DNA from: Haloferax volcanii DS2
Lineage (GTDB): Archaea > Halobacteriota > Halobacteria > Halobacteriales > Haloferacaceae
Reading direction: 5' to 3'
Length of the DNA: 32,000 bases
Assembly (NCBI RefSeq): GCF_000025685.1
Contig: NC_013967.1
Span: 1,830,001-1,862,000, forward strand
Part shown: positions 16,826 to 26,173 of the stretch, piece by piece
Layout: each line of letters starts with the position of its first letter
How positions within the stretch are numbered: the stretch's first letter is position 1
Notes under the pieces: model-generated
What the model saw: the letters and a program-made list of their open reading frames with translations, nothing else
The model's database searches: none
Told to the model about the DNA's origin: nothing
Translations under genes and position numbers: made by a program

Positions 16826-18376
16826 ATGCGCGACCACTTCGAACTCCGCGACGGGGACCTCGCCGGCCGAATCGGCCGGCTTTCGGTCCCGCGTGCGGGG
16901 GTCACCGTCGAGACGCCGGCCCTCCTGCCGGTCGTCAACCCGAACATCGACACGATTTCGCCCGCGCGGTTGGAGTCCGAGTTCGGCGCGGAGATTCTCA
17001 TCACCAACTCCTACATCATCAAGACGAACGACCACCTCCGCGAGGAGGCCCTCGACGTGGGGCTCCACGAGATGCTCGACTTCGACGGGGCCATCATGAC
17101 CGACTCGGGGTCGTTCCAACTCGCCGAGTACGGCGAAATCGACACGACGACCGAGGAGATTCTCCAGTTCCAACGCGACATCGGCACCGACATCGCCACC
17201 CCGGTCGACATCCCGACGCCGCCGGACGTGGCCCGCGAGCAGGCCGAGGCGGACCTCGAAATCACCAGACAGGCCCTCGCCGACGCCGAGGCCGCCGACA
17301 CGGGCGAGATGCTCGTCAACGCCCCCGTGCAGGGGTCGACCTACCCGGACCTCCGCGAGGAGGCCGGCCGCCACGCCGACGCGACCGACCTCGACGTGTT
17401 CCCCGTGGGCGCGGTCGTCCCGATGATGAACGCCTACCGCTACGACGACATGGTCGACGCCGTCGCGGCCGCCAAGCGCGGGCTCGGCGTCGACGCCCCG
17501 GTTCACCTGTTCGGCGCGGGCCACCCGATGATGCTCGCGCTCGCCGTCGCGCTCGGCTGCGACCTGTTCGACTCCGCCGCCTACGCCCTCTACGCCCGCG
17601 ACGGGCGGTATCTCACCGTCCGCGGGACCGAACACCTCGAAGACCTCGACTACCTCCCGTGTACCTGTCCCATCTGCACGGAGTACTCGCCAGACGACCT
17701 CCGCGAGAAAGGGTCGAAACGACAGGAACAGCTGCTCGCCGAGCACAACCTCCACGTCACGTTCGCGGAACTCCGCCGCATCAAGCAGGCCATCCGCGAC
17801 GGCGACCTCATGGAACTCGTCGAGGAGCGCGCCCGCTCGCACCCGGCGATGCTCGACGGCTACCGCGCGCTTCTCGCCCACGTCGACCAGCTCGAACGCG
17901 AGGACCCCGCCTCGAAGGGCGCGTTCTTCTACGCCTCCAACGAGAGCGCCCACCGCCCCGAGGTTGCACGCCACCACGCCCGCATGGACCGCCTGACCGC
18001 CGAGGGCCACGTCCTCCTCACCGAGGGCGGCGTCCCCTCCGGCGACGACTTCGACGCGACGTGGCGGGTCGTCCCGCCGTTCGGCCCGTTCCCGCGGTCG
18101 CTCTCCGAGACGTACCCGCTCACCGCCGAGGTCCCCGAGCGACTCGACCGCGACGCCTACGAGCAGGCCGCCCGCGGCGTCTCGCGGCTGGTCGAGGAGA
18201 ACCCCGACGCGGCGTTCACGCTGGCGCACGACGACTGGCCCGAGTCGGCGCTCGCCCGCGTGCCCGAGTCGGTCGAGTTGGAGTCGCTGTCGGCGGTTTC
18301 GGAGCGATTGGGCGACGAGGCGTCGGTCGGCGGGGACGACGGGGACGACGGCGGTTCGGCGTCGTCTGCCGAGTAG
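16826..18376 (+). CDS. tgtA: Archaeosine tRNA-guanine transglycosylase (ArcTGT catalytic protein)
   Basis: ORF 16730-18376 trimmed to ATG 16826 ([19 protein letters not shown]...). TGT motifs are present: the MTDSGSFQ catalytic Asp region, the zinc site CTCPICTEY and LLAEHNL. It ends in an acidic disordered tail with no PUA domain. Confidence 0.9.
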
Positions 18377-18448
18377 CGCGCCTCGGTCGGTCGCGTCCGT
18401 GTCTGTCGGTCGATGCTCTTAGGTTCACCCGACGTATCAACGAATACG

Positions 18449-18724
18449 ATGGAGGCTGTCCTCTGGTACGTGCTCACGGGAACCCGCGGGGGCGAAAACC
18501 GTGTGCGTATTCTCAAGACCGTAGAGGAGCAGCCGCGAAACGCCAACCAACTGGCCGAGACGCTCGACCTCGACTACAAGACCGTCCGACACCACCTCGA
18601 CGTGCTCATGGACAACGACGTGGTCCAGCGGAGCGGCGACGACTACGGCGCGGTCTACCTCCCGTCGCCGCGGTGTCGCGCCAACTGGGAGACCGTCGAG
18701 ACAATCGTCGAGCGGATGGACTGA
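18449..18724 (+). CDS. ArsR-like winged helix-turn-helix transcriptional regulator
   Basis: ATG 18449: MEAVLWYVLTGTRGGENRVRILKTVEEQPRNANQLAETLDLDYKTVRHHLDVLMDNDVV.... This is the typical haloarchaeal wHTH pattern (QLAE.LDLDYKTVRHHL). Confidence 0.7.
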   Translation: MEAVLWYVLTGTRGGENRVRILKTVEEQPRNANQLAETLDLDYKTVRHHLDVLMDNDVVQRSGDDYGAVYLPSPRCRANWETVETIVERMD

Positions 18725-18803
18725 GCGTGCGACACTGTGACGCCACGATTATGGAAAGATTTGGGAAAGCGTATATCAGGATGACGGGGAAAGGAGAGAA
18801 CGA

Positions 18804-19109
18804 ATGAGTATCTGGGTGGACGTCGCGACGGTCTCCTCGGGCGTCAACGTCGTCGTGCTTCTCGCACTGTCGGCGGTGTGGGCCCGAAACTACCTGACCT
18901 TCAGGTCCAAACACGCCGTCGGCCTCCTCGTGTTCGGGGTGTTCCTCCTCGCAGAGAACGCGCTCGCGTTCTACATGTACATCCTCGACCCGACGCTCTC
19001 GGGGTGGTTCAGCACCGACGTGCCCGTCATCGCCTGGCGGCTGATGATGCTGTTGCACGTCTTCGAGACGGCCGGGCTCGTGTTCCTCGCGTGGATTACG
19101 TTCGACTGA
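18804..19109 (+). CDS. Small three-TM membrane protein, 79 nt downstream of the wHTH regulator
   Basis: 101 aa with three hydrophobic helices (VNVVVLLALSAVWA, LLVFGVFLLAENALAFYMYIL, LMMLLHVFETAGLVFLAWI). Same strand as the regulator. No family recognised. Confidence 0.6.
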   Translation: MSIWVDVATVSSGVNVVVLLALSAVWARNYLTFRSKHAVGLLVFGVFLLAENALAFYMYILDPTLSGWFSTDVPVIAWRLMMLLHVFETAGLVFLAWITFD

Positions 19110-19159
19110 AACCGCTGTTTTCTCCCGCTCCAGTCCGGTTTTGACGCACCTTCGCCCGC

Positions 19160-20023
19160 TCAGTCCCGGTGTTTCCGCTCGTGGGTCGGGTGTTCCGAGA
19201 TGTAGACGCTCGTGTGGTCCGGCACGTCTTCTGTGACCCACGAGTTCGCGCCGATGCTCACGTGGTCGCCGACGGAGACCGCGCCGAGCACTTTGGTCCC
19301 CGCGCCGATGACGACGCTGTCACCGATGTCCGGGTGGCGTTTGTACCCCTTCTTGAGCGAGTGTTCGTCGTCTTCGTCCTCCTCGAAGTGGAGCGCGCCG
19401 AGCGTCACGTCCTGATAGATGCGCGCCCACTCGCCGATAGTCGTCGTCTCACCGATGACGACGCCGGTGCCGTGGTCGATGAAGAAGTAGTCGCCGATGG
19501 TCGCGCCGGGGTGGATGTCGATGCCCGACTCCATCTTCGCGTACTCGGCGAGTTCGCGGGCGTACGCGGGCGCGCCGGCCTCGTAGAAGGCGTGGGCGAC
19601 CCGGTGGACGACGATGGCCTGCACGCCGGGGTACGACCGGATGATTTCGACGTAGCTGCGCGCGGCGGGGTCGCCTTTGTACGCCGCCTCCACGTCTTTC
19701 TTCAGCCGCTCGCGGATATCGGGGAGTCGCCTGACGACCTCGTCCACGATGGGCTTGGGGTCCTCGTCTATGTAGGGGTCGATACCGGAGTAACAGAGCG
19801 CGCCGAAGTTGGCGACGCCGTCGCGGAGGAGTTCCTCGTCTGCGACCCACGGCCCCGCGTTCCAACACCGGGGAAACAGGAGGCGCTTGATGAGGTCGAC
19901 GTCCTCTCGCAGGTGGTTCCGGCGCGGGAACGAAAGCGACGTGTCCGTGGGGAAGGGGTCGTCGTCGGCGCGGTAGGACGCCGCGAGCCCGAGATGCGCG
20001 TCGCCCGAGTAGGTGTAGGACAT
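19160..20023 (-). CDS. cysE: Serine O-acetyltransferase
   Basis: SAT N-terminal helical region (DPAARSYVEIIRSYPGVQAIVVHRVAH) followed by left-handed beta-helix hexapeptide repeats (GIDIHPGATIGDYFFIDHGTGVVIGETTTIGEWARIYQDVTLG...VIGAGTKVLGAVSVGDHVSIGANSWV). TTAAATA (minus strand, about 20050-20060) lies ~30 nt upstream of the ATG. Confidence 0.85.
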   Translation of the reverse strand: MSYTYSGDAHLGLAASYRADDDPFPTDTSLSFPRRNHLREDVDLIKRLLFPRCWNAGPWVADEELLRDGVANFGALCYSGIDPYIDEDPKPIVDEVVRRLPDIRERLKKDVEAAYKGDPAARSYVEIIRSYPGVQAIVVHRVAHAFYEAGAPAYARELAEYAKMESGIDIHPGATIGDYFFIDHGTGVVIGETTTIGEWARIYQDVTLGALHFEEDEDDEHSLKKGYKRHPDIGDSVVIGAGTKVLGAVSVGDHVSIGANSWVTEDVPDHTSVYISEHPTHERKHRD

Positions 20024-20247
20024 CCGATAGCGATAGTTGGTGGACGAGCGGTATTTAACCCCGTCTCATCGGGCCCGATTCGCCGTCTTCGAGTCGCGGA
20101 TTGTGTGTTCGAACTGGCGCTCGACAGCCGGCGCGTTCGCTCTGCCGACCCGGCGTGAGCCAACCGCCGGATAAGGATTCTGGCCGCCGAAATCGGGCGA
20201 CTGGGGACACATCGGGGAGAGATTTGGGTGACAGTTCGGAAAATCTT

Positions 20248-20259
20248 CTTTTAAATATT
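20248..20259 (+). promoter_or_regulatory. TATA box for the repeat-protein gene (leaderless geometry)
   Basis: CTTTTAAATATT lies 17-28 nt upstream of ATG 20276. Confidence 0.45.
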
Positions 20260-20275
20260 CGTCCCCCTCTGAGAC

Positions 20276-22315
20276 ATGCGACGCACACTCGCAGTGTTGA
20301 TGACACTCGTCGTGGTCGTCGGGGGCATCCCGGCGGCCGCAGCGGCACAACAGGAGACCACGGCCGTCTCCTTCGAGAACCAAGCGACCGGCGGGACGAC
20401 CGTGACGGTCGACTCCGTCACGCTCCCCGACGGCGGCTTCGTGACGATTCACGACGCCTCCGTCACGGACGGCAACGTCCTCGGGAGCGTCGTCGGGTCG
20501 TCGGCGTACCTCGACGCCGGCACCCACGAGGACGTGACCGTCCACCTCGACGAACCGGTCGACGAGTCCGGCACGTTCGTCGCCATGCCCCACATGGACT
20601 CCGACGGCGACCGCGTCTACTCGTTCGTCGCGGCCAACGGCGAGGCGGACGGCCCGTACACGGCCGACGGGAGCGCCGTCGTCGACACCGCGACGGTCAA
20701 CGCGAGCGCGACCGTCTCGATGTCCGACCAGCCCACGACCGGCGACTCGGTCGTGGTCGACCGGGTCGAACTCTCGCAGGGCGGCTTCGTGACGATTCAC
20801 GACGCCTCCGTCACCGAGGGCGCGGTGTTCGAGAGCATCCGCGGCACCTCGGCGTACCTGCCCGCCGGCGTCCACGAGAACGTCCGCGTCGAACTGGACG
20901 CGCCCGTGACCGAGAACACGACGCTCGTCCCGATGGCGCACATGGACACCGACGGTGACGAGACGTACACCTTCCCCGAGTCGGAAGGCGAGACGGACGG
21001 CCCGTACACGGCTGACGGCAGTCCCGTCGTCGACACCGCGATGGCCATGCCGTCGGACAGCGCGAGCGTGAACTACACCGCGCAGGCCACCGGCGGCTAC
21101 TCCGTCGTCGTCGACTCGGCGTACCTGCCCGACGGCGGCTTCGTGACGGTCCACGACGGGACGGTCACGGAAGGACAGGTCTTCGAGAGCATCCGCGGCA
21201 CCTCCGCGTACCTCGAACCCGGCCTGCACCGCGACGTGCGGGTCACCCTCGACTCGCCGCTGAACGAGACGACGACCGTCGTCCCGATGGCGCACATGGA
21301 CACCGACGGCGACGAGACGTACACCTTCCCCGAGTCGGAGGGTGGGGCCGACGGTCCGTACACGGCTGACGGCAGCCCCGTCGTCGACAGCGGCGAGGCG
21401 ACCGTCTCCGCCAGCGTCGACTACACGACGAAGGCCTCGGACGGCGCGACCGTCGTGGTCGACCGGGTCGAACTCTCCGAGGGCGGCTTCGTGACGATTC
21501 ACGACCCGTCGCTGTCGGGCGGCGCGGTGTTCGACAGCGTGGTCGGCACCTCGATGTACCTGCCCGCCGGCGTCCACGAGGACGTCGCAGTCACCTTCGA
21601 TGAGCCGATTCGCTCCTCGCAGGTGCTCACCCCCATGGCGCACATGGACACCAACGACAACGAGGCCTACGACTTCGTGACCAGCGAGGGCGAGGCGGAC
21701 GGCCCGTACACGGCTGACGGCGGCGCGGTCGTCGCCAGCGCCCACACCTCGGTCAACGCGGTCGTGACCGCGATGGACCAGTCCGGCGACGGCACGACCG
21801 TCACCGTCGACTCCGTCACGCTCCACGACGGCGGCTTCGTGACGGTCCACGACGCGACGGTCACCGAGGGCGCGGTGTTCGAGAGCGTCCGCGGCACCTC
21901 CGCGTACCTCGACGCCGGCACCCACGAGAACGTCGAAATCAGCCTCGACGCGCCGCTCGACGAGTCCGGCACCGTCGTCCCGATGGCGCACATGGACACC
22001 AACGGCAACGAGGCCTACGACTTCGTGACCGGCGAGGGCGAAAACGACGGTCCCTACGTGGCCGCCGGCGGTGCAGTCATCGCCACGGCCAACTACACGG
22101 TCGAAGGCACGATGTCCGAGACGACGACCGACGAGCCGACCGACTCGATGACAGACGAACCGACCGAGACGATGACCGACGAGCCCGCGACCGAGATGAC
22201 TGACGAGTCGATGGAGACGACGACCGAGTCGTCAACCGACGCGCCCGGCTTCGGCCTCGTCGTGGCCCTCGTCGCGCTCGTCGCGGCGGCGCTCGTCGCC
22301 GCCCGGCGTCGGTAA
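20276..22315 (+). CDS. Secreted cell-surface protein: Sec signal peptide, five tandem ~115-aa domains, a Thr/Asp/Glu-rich linker and a PGF-CTERM anchor (predicted archaeosortase substrate)
   Basis: Signal peptide MRRTLAVLMTLVVVVGGIPAAAAAQQ. Each of the five repeats contains GGFVT(I/V)HD...(A/M)YL.(A/P)G.H..V...(L/F)D.P...(M)PH/AHMD(T/S)(D/N)(G/D)(D/N)..Y.F...(E/N)G..DGPY. The C-terminus is STDAPGFGLVVALVALVAAALVAARRR, which is a PGF motif, a TM helix and a basic tail. Confidence 0.85.
   Translation: MRRTLAVLMTLVVVVGGIPAAAAAQQETTAVSFENQATGGTTVTVDSVTLPDGGFVTIHDASVTDGNVLGSVVGSSAYLDAGTHEDVTVHLDEPVDESGTFVAMPHMDSDGDRVYSFVAANGEADGPYTADGSAVVDTATVNASATVSMSDQPTTGDSVVVDRVELSQGGFVTIHDASVTEGAVFESIRGTSAYLPAGVHENVRVELDAPVTENTTLVPMAHMDTDGDETYTFPESEGETDGPYTADGSPVVDTAMAMPSDSASVNYTAQATGGYSVVVDSAYLPDGGFVTVHDGTVTEGQVFESIRGTSAYLEPGLHRDVRVTLDSPLNETTTVVPMAHMDTDGDETYTFPESEGGADGPYTADGSPVVDSGEATVSASVDYTTKASDGATVVVDRVELSEGGFVTIHDPSLSGGAVFDSVVGTSMYLPAGVHEDVAVTFDEPIRSSQVLTPMAHMDTNDNEAYDFVTSEGEADGPYTADGGAVVASAHTSVNAVVTAMDQSGDGTTVTVDSVTLHDGGFVTVHDATVTEGAVFESVRGTSAYLDAGTHENVEISLDAPLDESGTVVPMAHMDTNGNEAYDFVTGEGENDGPYVAAGGAVIATANYTVEGTMSETTTDEPTDSMTDEPTETMTDEPATEMTDESMETTTESSTDAPGFGLVVALVALVAAALVAARRR
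20360..22107 (+). repeat. Five tandem coding repeats with a period of about 345-355 bp
   Basis: The landmark GGCGGCTTCGTGACG recurs at about 20434, 20779, 21134, 21482 and 21829. Confidence 0.85.
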
Positions 22316-22403
22316 CCCCGCTGAGACGCACCGACCCACCACCACACAGAGGCACCCTTTTTCGTACGCCGCGCGGGCCACAAGCCACCCCCGCGCGGCA
22401 CGC

Positions 22404-22424
22404 ACCCCGATTCGGGGTTATTTT
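22404..22424 (+). terminator. Stem-loop followed by a T-rich tract downstream of the repeat-protein gene
   Basis: ACCCCGATTCGGGGT (6-bp stem, 3-nt loop) is followed by TATTTT. An earlier T5 run lies at 22358-22362. Confidence 0.35.
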
Positions 22425-22583
22425 GCGCTGTCACACGTCGGAGAGCGTCCGCGTTCTGCCTAGCTAACAGACAGCTCTACCCTTGCCTGCAAGACAGCCG
22501 CTGTGTTCTGGTGAGTCTCTCAACTACGTCGGTTCGTCGTTGCACCCCAAAGCGCATACGAGACGAAGAGCGAAATTACGTCG

Positions 22584-23080
22584 ATGCGACTGCCCTCCCG
22601 CAGAATCGTTCTCGCCGGTCTCTTGACCGGTCTCGTACTGGTCGCCGGTTGTACGTCACTGCTCTCCGACGATGAGTCACAGGATCTCATCGAGAACGAA
22701 CGAGAATCAAGCTACTCGGTCACGGTCTTCCAAAGCGCCCACGAGACCCCCGAGAACCTTCCGACGTTACCACGGGGGACGGTCGCCAGAGACTCGTTCG
22801 GAGAGCGGAACTACGGACCGAGGCGAACTACACCAACGTCACTCTCCACGACCCGGTCCGTTCGGACCGTGTGTCGACCGTTCCGAATGGCAACAGTACG
22901 GTGTTTGTCGACGATTGGAACGAAAGCCAGACGACTGTTTACGTGGTCGAAACACACCAAAATGAACTGTTGGAGGTTTACGTCATGCAGTGTGGTCTCG
23001 ACATGGCACTCACGTTCACGACCACGCCGGACGGGGAGTTTAGAACCACTTCACGCTGCGTTCAGGATGTCCACGGGTGA
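22584..23080 (+). pseudogene. Lipoprotein gene interrupted by a frameshift (or affected by a sequencing error), in a lower-GC patch
   Basis: The ATG 22584 frame gives a signal peptide with lipobox (MRLPSRRIVLAGLLTGLVLVAGCTSLLSDDESQDLIENERESSYSVTVFQSAHETPENLPTLPRGTVARDSFGERN), then degenerates into basic nonsense. A plausible continuation (NYTNVTLHDPVRSDRVSTVPNGNSTVFVDDWNESQTTVYVVETHQNELLEVYVMQCGLDMALTFTTTPDGEFRTTSRCVQDVHG*) lies in the frame of ORF 22871-23080. Skipping 22809-22825 (17 nt, flanked by the repeated AACTAC) joins the two in frame. Confidence 0.5.
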
Positions 23081-23231
23081 TTACCACGCGCAAGTCGCGA
23101 CTGCTTGACTGGACCCGACTGCATACACACTGTATTGGCCGCACAGCGTCCGGTCGTGTTATCTTCTGAGGTTTCAACAGGTCCTCCGATTTCGCTACGC
23201 AATCAGTAACCGGAGAGTTCACTAGCACCGA

Positions 23232-23693
23232 CTACTCCGACGAACGCATCCGCGCCGCGTAGTCCCACGTGTGCACCCGCTCGGGTCGAATCCGAATCAC
23301 GACCTCGTCGCGCTCGGGCGAGAGCAATCGCTTCGCCAGTTCCGAGTCGGTGTCGCCGAGATAGCGCGTGATGAGTCGCCGCAGCACTGCCTTCTCCGCG
23401 TCGGGTTCGACGGTCGCGGTGCCCCGGCCGCGGACGCCCCGGTACGGCGGGTCGTTCGTCGAGATTTCGAACGCCACGTCGTCGCGGGCGCGGAGGAATC
23501 GCACCACGTCGGCGTCGGCAGAGGTGGCACACCGGAGTTCGGACGCTTCGGGGTCCCACTCGTACCACAAAGAGAGCATCCAGAGGTCGTCCGCCGGGGT
23601 GCGACACGAGAGCCGAACCGGGACGGTCGCGTCGGCGAGGAAGCCGTCGACGCGGGCGCGTGACCACGGGCCGGTGGGGTCGGAGGCGTCCAT
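23232..23693 (-). CDS. Pyridoxamine 5'-phosphate oxidase-like FMN-binding split-barrel family protein (putative)
   Basis: ORF 23232-23774 trimmed to ATG 23693 (MDASDPTGPWSRARVDGFLADATVPVRLSC...). Its size (~153 aa) and pattern (...VAFEIS...YRGVRGRGTATVEPD...) resemble PNPOx-like proteins. The assignment is from memory only. Confidence 0.55.
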   Translation of the reverse strand: MDASDPTGPWSRARVDGFLADATVPVRLSCRTPADDLWMLSLWYEWDPEASELRCATSADADVVRFLRARDDVAFEISTNDPPYRGVRGRGTATVEPDAEKAVLRRLITRYLGDTDSELAKRLLSPERDEVVIRIRPERVHTWDYAARMRSSE

Positions 23694-23806
23694 ACCGTCA
23701 CTTCGTGGTCCGGGGGCTAAGTCGTGTAGGCCGAGTGGTCGGTCTCGGTCGCCGGGCGCGCCCGCAGAAGACAAGTTAATTGCCTATCGGGGGCCGAAAA
23801 GCGGGT

Positions 23807-25564
23807 ATGACCGACTACTTCGAGGTTCACGCCCGCGACGGCGCCGCCCGAATCGGGGAGTTGCGGCTCTCCGACTCGGTGACGACGCCGGCGGTCGTGG
23901 ACGACGTGCTCGCGGACGCCGGAAGTCTCTGGGCGGCCGAGCGCGAACTCCCCGACGGCTCCGACGACGTGCTGACCGTGCTCCCCCACCGCTCGCTCCC
24001 CGCCGGGAGCGCCGACGAGGTGCGCGAGTCGTTTTCGGTGGCCTACCCCGACGTGGACTTCCCGTCGGCCGCCGTCGTCACCGCCGACACGGCCGACGAT
24101 TTCGGCGCTGACGCCTACGTCCTCTCCGACGCGCAGGGCTTCGTCGGCCACGCGCGCGCCTTCCGCGACAACGTCATCGAGGCGAAGGAGAACCTCCCCG
24201 CCGACACGGCGCTCGTGCTCTCGGGCGTCGCCACGCCCCGGAACGTCTCGCTTCTCGTCTACGCCGGCGTCGACCTCGTCGACGAGAAACTCGCCCGCGC
24301 CCGCGGGCTGGAGGGCTTCTACCTCACGAGCGACGGCGAGTACTTCCTCGAAGACCTCGACGAACTCCCCTGCGCCTGCGAGGCCTGCCGCAAACCAGCC
24401 TCCGAGTTCACCCGCGCCGACGCGGCCGACCACAACGCCAACGCCCTGCGCGCCGAACTCGCTCGGGTCCGGCGTCGCGTCCGCGACGGGCGGCTTCGGG
24501 ACTACGTCGAGGGGCAGGCCCGCCACGACCAGTGGTTGACCGCCCTGTTCCGCCGGTTCGACCAGCAGTACAGTTTCATGGAACAGCGGGTTCCCGTCAT
24601 CCGCGATTCGGAACTCACCGCGGCGTCCGAGGAGTCAATCGACCGCGTGGAGATTCAGCGGTTCGCCGACCGCGTGACCAAGCGCTACCGCAACCGCTTC
24701 GACAACCCGCTCGTGCTCCTGCCGTGTTCGGCCAAAAAGCCGTACAGCGAGTCACAGAGCCACCGACAGTTCCAGGAGGCCGTCCAGTACCGCGCACACA
24801 TGGTGTCGATGACTTCGCCCATCGGCGTCGTCCCGCAGGAACTCGAACTCACCTACCCCGCCCAGCACTACGACTCGGTCGTCACGGGCGACTGGTCGGA
24901 AGACGAGAAGTCGTTCGTCGCCGAGGTGCTTCGGCGCTATCTGGAGCGCAACGACTACCCGCGAATCATCGCGCACCTCCCGCCGGGCGCGTACACGGAC
25001 ATCGTCGAACGCGTCGCCGACGACTTGGACCTCGACGTGGAGTTCACCGTCTCCGAACACCCGACGACGACGGAGTCCATCGGCAACCTGATGCGGACGC
25101 TCGACGGCGAACCCAAGTTCACTCGCGAGGAGCGCGAGCACAACGTCGTGAAGGCCCTCGCGGACTACCAACTCGGCCCGGACGCGGGCGACGCGCTCTT
25201 TTCGGACGTGGCGTTGGAGATGACGAGTCGGTATCCCAAACTTCAGGTGTGGAACGATGCAGGCGTGCAGTTGGCGACGATGGTCCCGCAGTACGGCGTG
25301 CTCTCCTTTACGCTCGAAGGCGCGAAGGTGTGGCGCGACAGCGACGCGCCGACGAAGACGGTCGAAATCGACGGCTTCGTTCCCCACGGCTCGGTCCTCG
25401 CGCCGGGCGTCGTCGACGCCGACGAAGACATCCGTCCGGGCGACGAAGTCGTCGTCGAGGGGCCGAAGGCGTTCGCCATCGGCCGCGCGGAGATGGGCGG
25501 CCGCGAACTGGTCGAGTCCACGCGCGGCATCGGCGTCGAAATCCGCCACGTCGAAGAGCGGTAA
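23807..25564 (+). CDS. arcS: Archaeosine synthase ArcS (TgtA2; TGT-like N-domain plus C-terminal PUA domain)
   Basis: ATG 23807 (MTDYFEVHARDGAARIGELRL...). Zinc motif ELPCACEACRKP, a central ArcS-type domain (LLPCSAKKPYSESQSH) and a C-terminal PUA-like segment (IRPGDEVVVEGPKAFAIGRAEMGGRELVESTRGIGVEIRHV). Confidence 0.85.
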   Translation: MTDYFEVHARDGAARIGELRLSDSVTTPAVVDDVLADAGSLWAAERELPDGSDDVLTVLPHRSLPAGSADEVRESFSVAYPDVDFPSAAVVTADTADDFGADAYVLSDAQGFVGHARAFRDNVIEAKENLPADTALVLSGVATPRNVSLLVYAGVDLVDEKLARARGLEGFYLTSDGEYFLEDLDELPCACEACRKPASEFTRADAADHNANALRAELARVRRRVRDGRLRDYVEGQARHDQWLTALFRRFDQQYSFMEQRVPVIRDSELTAASEESIDRVEIQRFADRVTKRYRNRFDNPLVLLPCSAKKPYSESQSHRQFQEAVQYRAHMVSMTSPIGVVPQELELTYPAQHYDSVVTGDWSEDEKSFVAEVLRRYLERNDYPRIIAHLPPGAYTDIVERVADDLDLDVEFTVSEHPTTTESIGNLMRTLDGEPKFTREEREHNVVKALADYQLGPDAGDALFSDVALEMTSRYPKLQVWNDAGVQLATMVPQYGVLSFTLEGAKVWRDSDAPTKTVEIDGFVPHGSVLAPGVVDADEDIRPGDEVVVEGPKAFAIGRAEMGGRELVESTRGIGVEIRHVEER

Positions 25565-25801
25565 TTCGGCCCCGGTTTGGGCGAGAGGTTTCCGACTCGA
25601 CCGAACGCGACCCGACCGGACCCAAAACCGTCTGACACGCCGAGGCAATTCCCAAACCACTTTTCTGACATTTTGATTCTGATGGTTAATCAGCCTTTGA
25701 ACGCCGCTAAATGGGCCGTTAATCGGTTTTCTATGCACAGGTCCATGGCAGAAATATCATGCCACTACAACTTTAAGTAGTATCACGGCCCAAGGTGGAC
25801 A

Positions 25802-26071
25802 ATGATGGCAGAACGACAGGAGAAAGAACGACCGGAGTTCGACGAGCTTCCCGACGAGGGGGCGGTAGACTGGATGATTACCCATGCGCTGTTGGCGGCG
25901 AGCGATTCGACCTCGCGGGCCTTAGAATCGCATCTGTTGCAGTCGCAGTACCACGGTGACGCCGGTTTCGACGCGGCGGTGACGGCGCGTCACATCGACG
26001 ACGCAATCGACCGACACACGCGAATTCTCGAGGACTTACGCCTCGCGCGCGACGCGCTCGACCACCGGTAA
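25802..26071 (+). CDS. Small acidic helical hypothetical protein (89 aa)
   Basis: MMAERQEKERPEFDELPDEGAVDWMITHALLAASDSTSRALESHLLQSQYHGDAGFDAAVTARHIDDAIDRHTRILEDLRLARDALDHR. A TATA-like CTTTAAGTAG lies ~27 nt upstream. Composition is coding-like; no family recognised. Confidence 0.5.
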   Translation: MMAERQEKERPEFDELPDEGAVDWMITHALLAASDSTSRALESHLLQSQYHGDAGFDAAVTARHIDDAIDRHTRILEDLRLARDALDHR

Positions 26072-26173
26072 CTCGACCCGAGACCGCCGCGTTGTTGTTC
26101 CCCGCCGCGCGAGCCCGACCGGACGCCCTCCCACATAAGTTGTTTATTTAACAGCGGCTACGAACAACCGCGT

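Noticed and set aside
16703-18807. ORFs 16703-18229(-) at 508 aa and 16744-18807(+) at 687 aa overlapping tgtA
   Set aside because: They are alternative-frame or antisense artefacts with extreme Arg/Pro/Gly content. The tgtA frame carries all the TGT motifs.
20066-21991. 641-aa minus-strand ORF opposite the repeat-protein gene
   Set aside because: It is the mirror image of the five coding repeats, so it is itself repetitive. It is Arg/Val/Gly/Asp-rich and has no start context. The plus-strand product has a signal peptide and PGF-CTERM.
22672-22965. 97-aa ORF in the third frame of the lipoprotein pseudogene region
   Set aside because: It is basic, Arg/Ser/Pro-rich and has no signal or motif. 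The two other frames account for the N- and C-terminal halves of a single disrupted gene.
23717-25738. Minus-strand ORFs (269 and 328 aa) and the plus-strand 367-aa ORF over arcS
   Set aside because: They are antisense or off-frame to arcS. Their composition is Arg/Gly/Val-rich and no motifs are present.
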